36,142 nucleotides of DNA from Octopus bimaculoides (lineage: Eukaryota). The DNA lies in the NCBI RefSeq assembly GCF_001194135.2, contig NC_068984.1:71676049-71712190 (forward strand). The letters are read 5' to 3'. Shown here piece after piece: positions 34,491 to 36,142 of this stretch (position 1 is the stretch's first letter; each line of letters begins with the position of its first letter). Below the pieces are notes generated by a model, which was not told the origin of the DNA, made no database searches, and was given only the letters and a program-made list of their open reading frames with translations. The translations under genes were made by a program, and so were the position numbers.

Positions 34491-36079
34491 GTATGCTTTC
34501 CTCTTCACCTATATATTGCTTCCCTTGTTACATATTACATTAGTTATATTCATTTTTATTCTGATGGTTGTTAGTAAGTTTCAATCCATGTCTCTCAATG
34601 CAACGTTTGTTTTCATCTTCTTTAAACTTATGAGATTAAAAACAAACATTACAATAAGAGAATTGAATTGAAACTTACTGGCAGCAATCGAAGCAAAAGT
34701 TGAATATAGTTAATGTAATTTACAACTATAAGATAAGTAAGAGTGAAGTACACTGACAGTTACAGTTATCTAAATCATCTGTGTATATACTTGTAAATTT
34801 TCCTTGGTCCGAAATGACTAAAATGATGGGGCACAACTTTACTTCTTTGCAATTTATATCAATCATTGCCATTATATTTTTCCTTCCGCCAGTATCTCAT
34901 TCGTTTCAATCTTTCTTATGCCAGATAAATAGGAAATGAACATTTAAGAAAACAAACAGTGATTTCACTTATTTCTTGAAATAAATAAACAATTCATTCA
35001 TAGAGCATATAGCAATTTAAATTAAAGTAGCTTCAGAAAATTTCATAAGCAAGCTTTTCTGCATGTATATTTATCGTATTTTCACATAGAGAGATGTACA
35101 TTAAAACAGGAAGTAAAAGAAAATTGTTGAAATATTCCATACAGGAGGCATAACTTGTCTAAGATTATTCACTCAGTTTTTACCATCTGCATTTTAAAAT
35201 TCTTTGCCTAGCTATTGGAAACAAACTGATCATTACATATTCATTAAATCTCCTTTGTTTTTAGCGTATAAACAAACATAGCTTCAATCACTACTCAGTA
35301 AAATTGGCAAGTTATTCGTTTTCTAATAAAATGTTTTACTATTTTAATATTTTTAAATGGAATTGTAATATTGAATAAAGTAAAGCCTAAACTTTTAGCC
35401 GTCAAAATTATCTTGCTTGGAATGTATCTTACACATGAATATGGCATTAAACAATTACATTTTATTCATGTATATTTCGCAATAAATAAGATAAAATTCA
35501 TAATTTCGGAAAAGTTTCTCATGCTAGTTTCTATAGGAAATAATAAACGTTATAGCATACTTACTGAAATACTTTATAACGTGAGTAAAACCGAGACCTG
35601 ATTATATTAAATTACGTGTTATAATTGAAGTTATCAGAAGTTATCCGATTGAAATTGTGATGCAGAACCGGTCTGGCTTCTCTATGAATCCAGTTTCATC
35701 GGGTGCAGCTTACTAACGAGCACTTCTTAATAGGAGAAATCATTATTTAGGTTTTCACCGGAGTATTACAACGCTAAATCGGAAGCTAAAATATTACATT
35801 TATTATACTTTTGTATCACACAGTATTTAAATATATAATATGATGTTGACTAGATATATCTTTATCGCGAATGTACATGCCGCGTGTTGATTGAGGCTCG
35901 TTTGAATGCTGCTATTTATCCCAAGCGATAAGTGTTACGTCAACGTAGCATCACCTATTGGCAGCAGCGTTGCATTAAAAGCTATCTCCTAATTAAGTAT
36001 ATAATTAGAAACCCAAAATATTATACGCGCAGTAAGAAAAGAAAACAGTGATATTCAGGTGAATATTCAGGCGTGCAAG

Positions 36080-36142
36080 AACACACATACATACGTATAT
36101 ACACACATACACACATATGCATGTATATATATATATATATAT
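36080..36142. repeat. (CA)/(TA) microsatellite at the window end
   Basis: Read directly from the sequence. Confidence 0.9.

Overview
AT-rich eukaryotic non-coding DNA with four N-gaps and dense (TA)n, (TG)n and (TAG)n microsatellites. The repeat content resembles an Octopus genome (inferred from SINE families recalled from memory, not from a search). No intact host protein-coding gene, tRNA or rRNA can be supported, so the window looks intronic or intergenic. Recognisable elements are a dead mariner (4277-5340, -), a dead piggyBac (14870-16011, +), two fragments of an RLE-type R4/Dong-like retrotransposon in reversed domain order (23720-24867, +), an RTE-like LINE 3' end (25315-25725, -), five clear tRNA-derived SINE copies, and an ~850-bp non-autonomous element with ~140-bp TIRs (20514-21364). 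The observations most worth checking are a minimal hammerhead-ribozyme-like motif of Penelope type (33765-33801, -), the reversed R4/Dong arrangement, a perfect hairpin at the 5' junction of a young SINE, and a 174-codon minus-strand frame broken by a single TAG (17405-17926).
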